54,213 nucleotides of DNA. It comes from a virus. The notes beneath the pieces are model-generated. The model searched no databases. It was given only the letters and a program-made list of their open reading frames with translations, and was not told where the DNA came from. Below, in pieces: positions 18,910 through 27,550 of this stretch (its first letter is position 1; the number at the start of each line of letters is the position of its first letter). The stretch is from the UHGV virus genome UHGV-0121358, one strand, 5' to 3'. The position numbers and the translations under genes were made by a program.

Positions 18910-20238
18910 TTAGAAATAAGTGTTAAAGTCTGGTACTTCGCCTTTTTTACCTTCGCTTGCTGCGTTGGTAGCCATCGGCGCTGCTTTGCCCAGGGATTTA
19001 AACATTGCATCGAGCGCATCACCGCTTAATGCGTTAGCAACAATTTCGCCGTGTACTTTCGCAACTGCGGCGCGTTTTTCTGCTTCTTCTTTATTTGCGT
19101 TTGCTGCAATTTCTTCTTTAATTGCTTTCTGGTTGGTCTGCAATTCTTCTTGGTTGGTCTGTAATTCTTCAACGCTTGCCTGTAATGGTTTTAATGCCTC
19201 TGCTACTGCATTAGCGATATTGGCGGATAAGCCTTCGTTAATTTCTTTTACCAGTTCGGCGCGTTCTTCTTTGGTCAAAGGCATGGGATCGTCCTCCGAT
19301 TTATTGGCCTTAATTTTTTCATTCAGGGAGAAAAGATTAGAAAGGTGTTCAGCGAACTGAGCAAACCATGATTTACTTTCCTCGTTGGTTGCAAGCTCGC
19401 CATTATTGAGAATAATTTTATCAGCCTGTTTTTCGTATGCGCAAACTTGAGCACTTTCAGTATTAGTGGCGATCGTCACTTCTTTATCAGTGAAGTCCAC
19501 CACGTACACATAATCGGCATCAGGGAATAATTCCCGCGCCGCGTCGGTTAATTGTTTCTCAAGCGTGCGGTAGCTGTTTTCTTTCATTGCCACCGCCATT
19601 AACGGTTTCGCCTGGTCAGTATTAACCATCAACCCTACACCCTGTTCAGGTGAGGCTGCTGGCGGCTCATGCAGCAAAATAGCGTCATGGTCGATCGACA
19701 TAATTTTAACAACGCTGTCAGCGCCCTGGGCTTTCATCTCTTCAGTAGCTGGCATACGTTGACGATATACAGCGACGGACGACCAGATAGGATCTTTGCT
19801 TTCACCTTTTTCCAGTGCTTCCAGTCTGCTTAATAATTCGCGGCCTTGTTCTGAATGGCTGGCGGTTTCCACATCCACCCATTTTTCCACATAAACACGG
19901 TTGCCGCGTAATTCAACGTTTCTGTTCCACGCCCCACAAAAACCAGTGTTTAATCCTTCCGGGCTAAATGCGGAAACAAATTTACCGTCAACGGTAGGAT
20001 GACCCAGCGGGGCGAGTGTCCCCTCCAGTGACTGGTAATTAGCGATAATTTCAGCTTCAGGGTAATATTCCCGATTCATAACGATGTTAAATGGTAACGT
20101 GTAGGACGGGACGACAATATGTTCCCGCCCGTTATACGTTTCCCGGCGGATGGTATTAGCGGTTAATTTGGTATTAACCTGAATCAGTTCTTTACTCACG
20201 GTTTTACTCCCAATCTTCGCCATATTTAGCGTGCGCAA
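18910..20238 (-). CDS. prohead scaffolding / maturation protein (coiled-coil C-terminus)
   Basis: Track ORF, 442 aa, between morphogenesis and decoration genes; C-terminal heptad-like Glu/Lys/Ala-rich region. Confidence 0.5.
   Translation of the reverse strand: MRTLNMAKIGSKTVSKELIQVNTKLTANTIRRETYNGREHIVVPSYTLPFNIVMNREYYPEAEIIANYQSLEGTLAPLGHPTVDGKFVSAFSPEGLNTGFCGAWNRNVELRGNRVYVEKWVDVETASHSEQGRELLSRLEALEKGESKDPIWSSVAVYRQRMPATEEMKAQGADSVVKIMSIDHDAILLHEPPAASPEQGVGLMVNTDQAKPLMAVAMKENSYRTLEKQLTDAARELFPDADYVYVVDFTDKEVTIATNTESAQVCAYEKQADKIILNNGELATNEESKSWFAQFAEHLSNLFSLNEKIKANKSEDDPMPLTKEERAELVKEINEGLSANIANAVAEALKPLQASVEELQTNQEELQTNQKAIKEEIAANANKEEAEKRAAVAKVHGEIVANALSGDALDAMFKSLGKAAPMATNAASEGKKGEVPDFNTYF
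19130..19171. repeat. 21-bp tandem duplication inside scaffold gene
   Basis: TGGTTGGTCTGCAATTCTTCT / TGGTTGGTCTGTAATTCTTCA (2 mismatches), encoding EELQTNQ twice. Confidence 0.6.
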
Positions 20239-21148
20239 CCTTATAGTTTTCTTGCGCCCGATCTAATATTCGTTTGTTTAATATGTTACCGTCTTCGTCA
20301 ACCAATACGGTAATCGTGCTACATTTGCAGTTAATTGAATTTGGGGATCTGCTCCACCATTCGCGCTGCTCATCTATGGTGTATGTTTTCCCGTGCCGCT
20401 GCGCGTGCGATAGCCTGGTAGTCGGTGACAATGCCGAAATGTGCATTTGCATGGTGCGCAGATTAAGCTCTTCTGTCGCCGCTTCTGCCTCATCCATACG
20501 CGCTGTGCGTAACGCTGTGCATATTTCAGTTCGGGCAATACGTTTGCACCTGTATAGCGGCAATTGCGTTTCCTGCTGCAATGTGCGCGCTATTTCCAGT
20601 GGATTTAAACCACGGGCCATCCCTTCGGTTAATCGTCGGGCCATATCCTTCTTGATCTGTGCTGTTAGCCCGCGCATTTCCTCAAATACACGGGTACGAA
20701 CAAGGGCAAGGCGCGTGCGGTAAGTCGTACTTGATAGCACGGCGGATACATCAGGATAAGCGCTTGAGTAAGTAACAGACTGGTTGGCAAGGTTGGCGTA
20801 CTCCTGTGCCGTGCCGCGCTGATATGCCACCTTCACGTATTCCTGCCAAAACCAAAAACTTTCCGGGTCGGTTAGCTCGAATATCTCATCAATCATGTCG
20901 CTGGCGTCCTCCAGCATGTCGTGCAATTCATCCATGTAAATCTGGAAGGTGTATTTTTTATTAACAGCCAGGCTATATTGTATTCTGTCCAGTATGGCGA
21001 TATACGGATCTGCAACTTTCTTCAGGCAGGCTTTAAAACGCTTAATAGCACCAGACCGTAACTTCCATGTCATGGTCGGGTCTTCGGTGTTAGATGGCAT
21101 TATCGCGGCTGGAGGTATTCGCCTGATTATCTTCTTCACCTTCATCAT
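20204..21148 (-). CDS. head morphogenesis protein (Mu gpF / SPP1 gp7-like); true start may be 21100
   Basis: Track ORF, follows portal; overlaps portal 3' end; alternative in-frame ATG at 21100 or 21073. Confidence 0.65.
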   Translation of the reverse strand: MMKVKKIIRRIPPAAIMPSNTEDPTMTWKLRSGAIKRFKACLKKVADPYIAILDRIQYSLAVNKKYTFQIYMDELHDMLEDASDMIDEIFELTDPESFWFWQEYVKVAYQRGTAQEYANLANQSVTYSSAYPDVSAVLSSTTYRTRLALVRTRVFEEMRGLTAQIKKDMARRLTEGMARGLNPLEIARTLQQETQLPLYRCKRIARTEICTALRTARMDEAEAATEELNLRTMQMHISALSPTTRLSHAQRHGKTYTIDEQREWWSRSPNSINCKCSTITVLVDEDGNILNKRILDRAQENYKVAHAKYGEDWE

Positions 21149-22460
21149 CGTCTTCCTCTTCCGTTTCCACTACACTGGCAGGGCCGTCGTATCCGGCAGC
21201 CTCGCGGATTTCGTCACCGCTAAATATTTCTTCACCAGTAGCCAAACAAGCCTGATTGATTTGTGCCATCTTGTCTGCGGCTTCCAGTAGCTCTGCTTTG
21301 GTCATGGCGTTCAGGTCGTCCCATATAACCGATACGTCAATTGGCATACTGATAAGGCGGAGATCTGCCATCTTGCGGAATAGATCCTCAAGCTCACCGC
21401 CGATTTCCTCCCTGCGGGTCATGCAGCGGCTGTTGAAGTAACGCAGGTCTTCGGTTGATGCGCGTTCTCCCTGCTGGTTCCCAACCAAGATGCGGGTTGG
21501 AATATCAACACCAGCGGCGGCGGTTTGCAGGTTTACGTCATAGGTTGATGACGGGTCAGATACGGCAGTAACCAGCGGGCTTACTGTCGCACCCTGTAAC
21601 GCCATCATTACGTCATTACCCTTATTCATTTCAGCCGTAGCCTCATTGAATCTTTCGCGTAACTCTGTAACGTCGCAATCGTATGTTGCAGCCAGGGAAC
21701 GGAAGTCAATCTCTTTATCGAACGAAATGGCAAGCTGACGCGCTGCGTTTTTCAGGAATGATTCACCACTACCGCCTTCCACTTTTTCCAGTGATACGAA
21801 TGCGTTGTAGGAAGGTTCAAGGAAAGCGATGACATCATCAGAATAGTCGCCAAAGATGAATATGCGGTCAGGGTGGATCTTTCTGGCAATGGTCTTACTG
21901 TTAATGCGTTCTTTGTATTCCCACCACGTTGGCAGGCCATAGTTTTCATTATCCGGGTTTTCTTCGAAGTCCTTCGGTGTAAGAGCGCCAGCCCACACAG
22001 GGGTAAATTTTGCAATGCCTACGCCTTTTGTCACTGGCTGATCCCACGGCTTGTTATCTCTGATATGAATTAACAGACCAGAGTAACGACCAATGAGGCG
22101 GCGGCGATCACATTCAGCAACAGTGCGCCAAAATCTGTTGTTAAATTTCTTCTTGATTTCTCTTTCCCACGGTGTTTCCTTTTTCGCTTTCTCGTCTTCA
22201 GTTCCTTCAATCATCTTTGGCTTGGTGCGCCAGCAAGTAGTAACAATCTTTTCTACAGCACCGTGAGCGATGCCGCCGCGTCTGTACAGTTTGTATAGAT
22301 CGTGATACGTGATCTCTTCTTTAAATCCGTATTCACTCCACGCAGCATCACGTTTGGCATCTATCCCCATAGTGAACGGATGTGCCGCTGCATAGCGGGC
22401 AAAGGCCGCCTGTCGTTGTGACAAGGCAGCATTAACCGCCAGTTCTATATTAGATGGCAT
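21090..22460 (-). CDS. portal protein
   Basis: Track ORF 21090..22481; ATG at 22460 with AGGAG SD; ~456 aa with acidic C-terminal tail; directly downstream of terL. Confidence 0.8.
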   Translation of the reverse strand: MPSNIELAVNAALSQRQAAFARYAAAHPFTMGIDAKRDAAWSEYGFKEEITYHDLYKLYRRGGIAHGAVEKIVTTCWRTKPKMIEGTEDEKAKKETPWEREIKKKFNNRFWRTVAECDRRRLIGRYSGLLIHIRDNKPWDQPVTKGVGIAKFTPVWAGALTPKDFEENPDNENYGLPTWWEYKERINSKTIARKIHPDRIFIFGDYSDDVIAFLEPSYNAFVSLEKVEGGSGESFLKNAARQLAISFDKEIDFRSLAATYDCDVTELRERFNEATAEMNKGNDVMMALQGATVSPLVTAVSDPSSTYDVNLQTAAAGVDIPTRILVGNQQGERASTEDLRYFNSRCMTRREEIGGELEDLFRKMADLRLISMPIDVSVIWDDLNAMTKAELLEAADKMAQINQACLATGEEIFSGDEIREAAGYDGPASVVETEEEDDDEGEEDNQANTSSRDNAI

Positions 22461-22538
22461 AATGTTTACTCCTGAATACATGTTTACGCGTTGCTACGCG
22501 AAAAATAGAAAAACTTGTGGGTAGTTGTGAGTCAGATT

Positions 22539-24053
22539 TTAAAATCCGCGCAGGCGCTTCGGTAACATGAGGCCCATCGCCTGTGGCTGGCTTAGTTCGG
22601 TAATGCCCCATACCATTGCGTCCATACGGTCAGGGGATTTTTTTGCGGTAGCTGGCACGTATTCCATCATTTGATTTTCCAGCGTGTACAGCTCACCAGT
22701 GTGGGCTACTCTGCCCTGTGCATACAGTGCAGATATTGGTTCAGCGCGGGCGAATTTGCCTTTGCTTGCGTGTACCTTAACAATGCGGCCTTTGAATCCG
22801 GCATTGCGTAGCGTGGCCTCTGCCATTTCACCGCCCTGGTTTGTTTCGATAACTATCGCGTCAGCTTCATGGATGTTGTAGGCGTTCATTGCTGCTTGCG
22901 CCCAGTCATTAGGTGACATGCGGCCTGAGTAGTCACCGTCTACTGAATACTGAGCATTCTTGCCACCACCATAAGCGGAACAGGCTACAATCCCTGTTTC
23001 GTCTGACTCATCAGATGATGTTGTCGCCGGGTCGATGGCTATCACCGTGCGAATTTTCTCCTGCGTTATCTGCATCATGTGCGCGGCGGTTATCATCGCT
23101 TCAGTCCACAATGCGCCCTCTTGATCGAACTTGCGCGGACACTGCATATATTGAGCTTCGAATGTTCGGCGATGTGATTTAAGAGTTGATTCATCTTTAT
23201 CACTATGCTTATGCAACCATAGCCAGCCATCCGGCAGGTTGTGAGGAACAGGAATAGCAAATTTGTTTTCCGGGTACAGATCCCAATAGTCAAGACTGTT
23301 GTCGATCTTCACTGGCAGGCAAAGGTGATGCCATTTCTCACCACTACCGCCACGTAACAGGTAGCCGGATAAATCATCGTAGTGGATACGCTGCATGATG
23401 ACGATCACTGGCGTTGTTTGCACAGCCAGGCGCGAAGAAAGCGTGTCGTTGTAATTGGTATTAACCTGCTTTCGCACCACATCAGAATAAGCGTCAGCTG
23501 GTTTCAGGGGGTCATCAATAATCATTGCGCCGTTAAACCCAGGTTCCATGTACCCGGCGCGGAACCCTGTCACCTGTCCAAGCGATGACGTCGCATACAC
23601 GCCGCCACCCTGAGTGGTCCACCACAGGTTTTTCGCGTTCGAATCGTTGCGCATTTGCATAGGCCACAATTCCTGATATTGCGGCATCGTGATTATGTTT
23701 CTTGTCTCTGAGGAATTAAGCAAGGCGAGTCCGTGTGAATACGATACATGCAGGAATCTGGTGCGGGGTTCTATTGCGAGGCAGCGGGCCATCATGTGAA
23801 TTGTGGCAATCATTGTTTTGCCATAGCCCGGTGGGATGTTGATTATCAACCTGGTGATTTCACCATTAATAACTCGTTGTAGCGTATCGGCAATTATTCT
23901 GTGATGACGCCCAACCAAAAAGTCCTTGCCAACCTGTTGCTTATAAAAGTAGGAACTAAAAAACAAAGGTGCTGATATGTCTTTGGGAGCACAACCTTTA
24001 ACACACAACCCCCTTAGAACCTCTCTGTCAATCTTTGTCGTCGCAGTCTCCAT
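22539..24053 (-). CDS. terL: terminase large subunit
   Basis: Track ORF, 504 aa; Walker A-like PPGYGKT near N-terminus; follows terS with 26-nt overlap. Confidence 0.9.
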   Translation of the reverse strand: METATTKIDREVLRGLCVKGCAPKDISAPLFFSSYFYKQQVGKDFLVGRHHRIIADTLQRVINGEITRLIINIPPGYGKTMIATIHMMARCLAIEPRTRFLHVSYSHGLALLNSSETRNIITMPQYQELWPMQMRNDSNAKNLWWTTQGGGVYATSSLGQVTGFRAGYMEPGFNGAMIIDDPLKPADAYSDVVRKQVNTNYNDTLSSRLAVQTTPVIVIMQRIHYDDLSGYLLRGGSGEKWHHLCLPVKIDNSLDYWDLYPENKFAIPVPHNLPDGWLWLHKHSDKDESTLKSHRRTFEAQYMQCPRKFDQEGALWTEAMITAAHMMQITQEKIRTVIAIDPATTSSDESDETGIVACSAYGGGKNAQYSVDGDYSGRMSPNDWAQAAMNAYNIHEADAIVIETNQGGEMAEATLRNAGFKGRIVKVHASKGKFARAEPISALYAQGRVAHTGELYTLENQMMEYVPATAKKSPDRMDAMVWGITELSQPQAMGLMLPKRLRGF

Positions 24054-24543
24054 GAGTATTGTACTCCTTATTCAGGTTATCGATTATCTCAAGGACAGTA
24101 GTCTGATTTACTTCTACCTGGACGGGTGCTTCTTCCTTGTTACCGACGATCTCCTGTGTGACGCGTTCGCCGTATTTACGCGGTTGCAGTTTTGCCAGTA
24201 ACCATTTACGAGTTTCAATCATCAGTTGATGGCGGCGGCATTGGTCTTTATCGGTGTTCTCCGCTGCGTCTGCTATGTCGATAATCTCATCAGCCAATAT
24301 CTCAAAACCGATCTCCTTCGCGCGCATGTACATGTCCGAGAACTCCGGCACGTCTCTGAACCATTTAAGGATTGTTGAACGCGCAGGCATATCAGGCATC
24401 TTCGAAATTTTGTTAATACTCTGACCGTCCGCCACCAGCTCACAGATTTCTAATGCCTTTTCTTCGGTATAACCATGCGGACGGCCCGTCTTTTTGGCTG
24501 CTGGCTTTTTATCGTCAGCATTTGCCTTTTTAGTGCGGGCCAT
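24028..24543 (-). CDS. terS: terminase small subunit
   Basis: Track ORF, 171 aa; basic N-terminus (MARTKKANADDKKPAAKKTGRPHGYTEE) with HTH-like segment; immediately upstream of terL. Confidence 0.7.
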   Translation of the reverse strand: MARTKKANADDKKPAAKKTGRPHGYTEEKALEICELVADGQSINKISKMPDMPARSTILKWFRDVPEFSDMYMRAKEIGFEILADEIIDIADAAENTDKDQCRRHQLMIETRKWLLAKLQPRKYGERVTQEIVGNKEEAPVQVEVNQTTVLEIIDNLNKEYNTHGDCDDKD

Positions 24544-24553
24544 AATTCACCTC

Positions 24554-24697
24554 TTAATCATCTTTACCAAATCTTAATTTAAATTCATTCATCATCTTTT
24601 CTACTTCCTGTTCGGAAAGATAGATGGTTTCATTATTTTCTGCTGAATCAAGTGCCTTTCTTATTTCATCTGCTATTTTTAGTTCTTCATCGTTCAT
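24554..24697 (-). CDS. small acidic protein (47 aa)
   Basis: Track ORF 24554..24838 truncated to ATG at 24697 with AAGAGGTGA SD (MNDEELKIADEIRKALDSAENNETIYLSEQEVEKMMNEFKLRFGKDD). Confidence 0.4.
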   Translation of the reverse strand: MNDEELKIADEIRKALDSAENNETIYLSEQEVEKMMNEFKLRFGKDD

Positions 24698-24708
24698 ATC
24701 GTCACCTC

Positions 24709-24792
24709 TTAATATTTGTTGATGATATATACGCAAGCTACAAAACTTGCGCAGTATGTTAAAACTTCCAACCAGTCGAACAGCTCTTTCAT
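24709..24792 (-). CDS. mini-ORF P9, 27-aa hydrophobic peptide (MKELFDWLEVLTYCASFVACVYIINKY)
   Basis: Own translation; AAAGG SD 7 nt upstream; stop TAA lies in the SD region of the next gene. Confidence 0.35.
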   Translation of the reverse strand: MKELFDWLEVLTYCASFVACVYIINKY

Positions 24793-24801
24793 TGTTTACC
24801 T

Positions 24802-24846
24802 TTATGCGAAGAAAACGATAACGACTAACAACGTGCATATAGCCAT
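24802..24846 (-). CDS. possible mini-ORF P10, 14 aa (MAICTLLVVIVFFA)
   Basis: Own translation; no clear SD; may be a decayed array member. Confidence 0.15.
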   Translation of the reverse strand: MAICTLLVVIVFFA

Positions 24847-24862
24847 AATTAAGAAGTCACTG

Positions 24863-24937
24863 TCAGACGTTGATAATCACCCCAATAATAATTAACGCAA
24901 CGGTACACACGATCAACATAATATCAATAGCATTCAT
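24863..24937 (-). CDS. mini-ORF P8, 24-aa hydrophobic peptide (MNAIDIMLIVCTVALIIIGVIINV)
   Basis: Own translation, verified codon by codon; AGGTGA SD 5 nt upstream. Confidence 0.45.
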   Translation of the reverse strand: MNAIDIMLIVCTVALIIIGVIINV

Positions 24938-24945
24938 GCGTTCAC

Positions 24946-25014
24946 CTATTGAGTTAACGCGATCATGGTAAAAACAATCGCAACGATCAGGAAAAAGAAA
25001 TCAAGCCATTTCAT
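24946..25014 (-). CDS. mini-ORF P7, 22-aa hydrophobic peptide (MKWLDFFFLIVAIVFTMIALTQ)
   Basis: Own translation; GGGAGATG SD; ATG overlaps stop of P6 (ATGA). Confidence 0.45.
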   Translation of the reverse strand: MKWLDFFFLIVAIVFTMIALTQ

Positions 25015-25091
25015 TTTTTCATCTCCCGGTATACGTCCACAGCAATAACCACAACTACAGCCACCAGCAATAGCATCTCATATGCGTTCAT
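25011..25091 (-). CDS. mini-ORF P6, 26-aa hydrophobic peptide (MNAYEMLLLVAVVVVIAVDVYREMKK); alternative start 25076
   Basis: Own translation; start overlaps 3' end of P5; AGGTAG SD-like. Confidence 0.4.
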   Translation of the reverse strand: MNAYEMLLLVAVVVVIAVDVYREMKK

Positions 25092-25185
25092 TGACACTAC
25101 CTATAACCAGACCAATGATGATAATTACGGCTACTACGCAAAACATCATCCCGCACATAATCGCCAGTAATTCGAATATATCCAT
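25078..25185 (-). CDS. mini-ORF P5, 35-aa hydrophobic peptide (MDIFELLAIMCGMMFCVVAVIIIIGLVIGSVNERI)
   Basis: Inner part of track ORF 25078..25290; ATG at 25185 with AGGTGA SD 5 nt upstream. Confidence 0.45.
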   Translation of the reverse strand: MDIFELLAIMCGMMFCVVAVIIIIGLVIGSVNERI

Positions 25186-25193
25186 GCCGTCAC

Positions 25194-25268
25194 CTATACA
25201 ACATTCTTCCACCAGAAACAGATAATGACGGCGACCAACGACCACCAGATGAGATCGTAAATATTCAT
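25194..25268 (-). CDS. mini-ORF P4, 24-aa hydrophobic peptide (MNIYDLIWWSLVAVIICFWWKNVV)
   Basis: Own translation; GAAGG SD-like 8 nt upstream. Confidence 0.4.
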   Translation of the reverse strand: MNIYDLIWWSLVAVIICFWWKNVV

Positions 25269-25279
25269 GGTGAATACCT

Positions 25280-25354
25280 TCAGCTTTCAATGAGTATCAT
25301 GATCGCCAGCCATACAGCGACGCAGACAGAAAGGATAATTAGCGGGTCAATCAT
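25280..25354 (-). CDS. mini-ORF P3, 24-aa hydrophobic peptide (MIDPLIILSVCVAVWLAIMILIES)
   Basis: Own translation; GGGGTGA SD 6 nt upstream, overlapping the stop of P2. Confidence 0.45.
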   Translation of the reverse strand: MIDPLIILSVCVAVWLAIMILIES

Positions 25355-25359
25355 ATTTT

Positions 25360-25464
25360 TCACCCCACCAAATACTTGATATATACGTTTATCAGCGCAA
25401 CTATAATAGAACCCACAAGAAACACAGAAACGCCGATTAATCCGGCGATGATGTAAGCATCCAT
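25360..25464 (-). CDS. mini-ORF P2, 34-aa hydrophobic peptide (MDAYIIAGLIGVSVFLVGSIIVALINVYIKYLVG)
   Basis: Own translation; weak SD, but ATG lies 4 nt after P1 stop (translational coupling). Confidence 0.4.
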   Translation of the reverse strand: MDAYIIAGLIGVSVFLVGSIIVALINVYIKYLVG

Positions 25465-25468
25465 AATA

Positions 25469-25537
25469 TCAATGTCCGTATATCAAGATCACAGCGGCAG
25501 CTATGCCAACAAATACGCCTAACAGAAAAGTAAACAT
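25469..25537 (-). CDS. mini-ORF P1, 22-aa hydrophobic peptide (MFTFLLGVFVGIAAAVILIYGH)
   Basis: Own translation; GAGAGGG SD; ATG 2 nt after the stop of the upstream 190-aa gene. Confidence 0.45.
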   Translation of the reverse strand: MFTFLLGVFVGIAAAVILIYGH

Positions 25538-25539
25538 AA

Positions 25540-26112
25540 TTACCCTCTCTTAAAGCTCATAACGCGCGGTACAAGCGCCTCTTTTGCTTTCGGCTTACGT
25601 TTGCCTTTCTTAGCTGGTTTTTTCTCTTCTTTCGGCTCCTCTGCCTGTTCTGCTGCATCAGTCGCCTGCTCTGCCTTTTCTAACGCCTGCTCAACGACTT
25701 CAGCCGCCTGCATCGCTGTGATCTGTGCTTCGTTTGATTCAGCCAGGATTGGGAAGAATGCGTCAAAGATACGTCCAACCATGTAAGCGTAAGTCTCATT
25801 CGCAGGATGAGTAGGATCAGTGGTCGCCACGACGCCTACATCACTTAAAACGTGGAATGTAGTGTGAGCGCATTCATGGACCAGCGTTCCAGTCTCATTG
25901 TTGAATACTGCGATCACGTAGAAATTACCGCCGGTCTCACCAGTACAGGTTAACGTCAGACCGCCAGCTAGTTCGAAATCAGGTTCGATTGGTATTCCGG
26001 CCTTTTCGCAAAATTCATAGAACATCTCGCGGGTCGGGCAAAAGAAAACGGTTGTATGCTCAAAGAGCGGGACTTTGAATTGAGGCAACTTAATGCCTTT
26101 AGCCTTAGCCAT
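25540..26112 (-). CDS. hypothetical protein with HExxH motif (HECAH) and Lys/Ala/Glu-rich C-terminal tail
   Basis: Track ORF, 190 aa; GGAG SD; motif LVHECAHTTFH; low-complexity basic tail. Confidence 0.6.
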   Translation of the reverse strand: MAKAKGIKLPQFKVPLFEHTTVFFCPTREMFYEFCEKAGIPIEPDFELAGGLTLTCTGETGGNFYVIAVFNNETGTLVHECAHTTFHVLSDVGVVATTDPTHPANETYAYMVGRIFDAFFPILAESNEAQITAMQAAEVVEQALEKAEQATDAAEQAEEPKEEKKPAKKGKRKPKAKEALVPRVMSFKRG

Positions 26113-26381
26113 CAGAATAATCTCCTGTCTGGTTTGCTTTTACTTCCTGTTTATACAGCGGCAGGAATGACATAAAACACTGAGAACGGCGCTTCATCAG
26201 TACCGTTTCCAGAATTTTATAAAATTGGTGAATGGCGCTTTCTTCTACCCAGGTAGCGCCCGACCTGTTAATGGGACTGTTGATCCGGTATTACGTGTTT
26301 TTGACTATTCCGCCGTCGCTCGCGGGAAGGATTGACCCGGTTATGGCTGGCTGGCAGAAACGGCGACACGTCCACGCGCTG

Positions 26382-26870
26382 TTATTCTTTGCGTAAGCAC
26401 TGCGTATTGATGTAGTCCTGCAATCCGGTGATCTTCGCGTCTTTTTCTTTTAATTGTTCTCTGAGGGATAGATAAGCCGATTCAGCGTCTGGAGTGAGTC
26501 TACAGGTGGCTCCATCAATGCGGCTGGCGGTTCCGGTATTGTCGAGCAATCGCACTGGTTCGGCGTTGACGTGCAACCGGATAGCGCCGCTATCAATACC
26601 AGTGCGCAGATCGGCAATGTCAGATCTGATAGCTTTAATCTCATCGTGATACCTCTTATCAAGTTTTGACAGTTCGGCGTTTCGCTCCTTCATCTGCTGA
26701 ATAGTGTTACTTGCCGTTTTCAGTGCGCCTTTCGTTACCGTGACTTCTTCCTGTAACCTTGCCGCCTCACCCTGGTAATAACATGTTACGGCGGTCAGTC
26801 CGGCAATAATGCAAACAACAGCGGCGATAATTAACGCCTTCACCTTGTCCACGTTTCCCCCCATTCGCAA
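26382..26870 (-). CDS. Rz: i-spanin Rz
   Basis: Track ORF; N-terminal TM segment then coiled-coil; follows endolysin; contains embedded Rz1 frame. Confidence 0.75.
   Translation of the reverse strand: MRMGGNVDKVKALIIAAVVCIIAGLTAVTCYYQGEAARLQEEVTVTKGALKTASNTIQQMKERNAELSKLDKRYHDEIKAIRSDIADLRTGIDSGAIRLHVNAEPVRLLDNTGTASRIDGATCRLTPDAESAYLSLREQLKEKDAKITGLQDYINTQCLRKE
26450..26644 (-). CDS. Rz1: o-spanin Rz1 (embedded in Rz, alternate frame)
   Basis: Track ORF 26450..26662; from ATG at 26644 gives [24 protein letters not shown]... with lipobox LSGC and Pro-rich mature region. Confidence 0.65.
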   Translation of the reverse strand: MRLKLSDLTLPICALVLIAALSGCTSTPNQCDCSTIPEPPAALMEPPVDSLQTLNRLIYPSENN

Positions 26871-27331
26871 ACGGCATATTCAACCTCGCGGCGGTTTACC
26901 AGGCCTTGCCACTTCTTACCGCCAGCGTATACCCAGCGTTTAAGCTGTGCGCACGCTTCTGATTTCTTGCCGTCATTGAGTAGTTTTAGTAAGGTTGATG
27001 TTTTGAAGTTGGTAGCGCCTACGTTATAGGCGAAGGAATAAAGTGCAGCGCGGGTAAAATCTGATATTTCGACTTTGATATATGGGTCAATCGCTTTTGC
27101 GGTCTTGTGTAGATCTTTATTTAACAAAGCATCGCATTCTGATTGCGTGTAAGTCTTACCAAGCATGATGTCTTTTCCGACGTGTCCATAACATATCGTG
27201 TAAACACCGATGACATCTCTGTACGGCTTATACTCAACGCCTTCAAGATCTTTTATCATCATCCCCGCAATAGCGATCGCCCCACCAGCCGCCGCCGCAA
27301 TAATCTTATTTTTCAGCGATTGGCTAATCAT
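26840..27331 (-). CDS. SAR endolysin (phage-21 R21-like lysozyme)
   Basis: Track ORF 26840..27412; ATG at 27331. N-terminal signal-anchor ([13 protein letters not shown]) then [21 protein letters not shown]...[11 protein letters not shown]...LLNKDL...NPYIKV...[14 protein letters not shown] closely matches my recollection of phage 21 R21. Confidence 0.85.
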   Translation of the reverse strand: MISQSLKNKIIAAAAGGAIAIAGMMIKDLEGVEYKPYRDVIGVYTICYGHVGKDIMLGKTYTQSECDALLNKDLHKTAKAIDPYIKVEISDFTRAALYSFAYNVGATNFKTSTLLKLLNDGKKSEACAQLKRWVYAGGKKWQGLVNRREVEYAVCEWGETWTR

Positions 27332-27332
27332 G

Positions 27333-27533
27333 TTACTTATTCCCCATTCGCGCGTCGTGTTCCTCTTGCGCTCGCTTGTTCTCCTGTGATTTGAAGTAAT
27401 AATTAACGGCAAATGTGCCTACGGTTGATAAGATACCCACAAAGACGGCAATATCATTGATGGTTATCGCGCCGAAAAAAGCAGTTACGGCCCCAGTCAC
27501 ATACGCACATGCCTCCCGTATTCTGTCGAACAT
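27333..27533 (-). CDS. holin (pinholin-like, two TM segments)
   Basis: Track ORF 27333..27578; ATG at 27533 with GGAGGT SD; 66 aa, two hydrophobic segments and charged C-terminus, paired with a SAR endolysin. Confidence 0.75.
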   Translation of the reverse strand: MFDRIREACAYVTGAVTAFFGAITINDIAVFVGILSTVGTFAVNYYFKSQENKRAQEEHDARMGNK

Positions 27534-27550
27534 AGATTTACCTCCAACAA

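Noticed and set aside
25078-25290. Track ORF of 70 aa (MKAEGIHHEYLRSH...)
   Set aside because: Its N-terminal half reads through mini-ORF P4 in another frame; only the C-terminal 35 codons from the SD-preceded ATG at 25185 (P5) look like a real gene.
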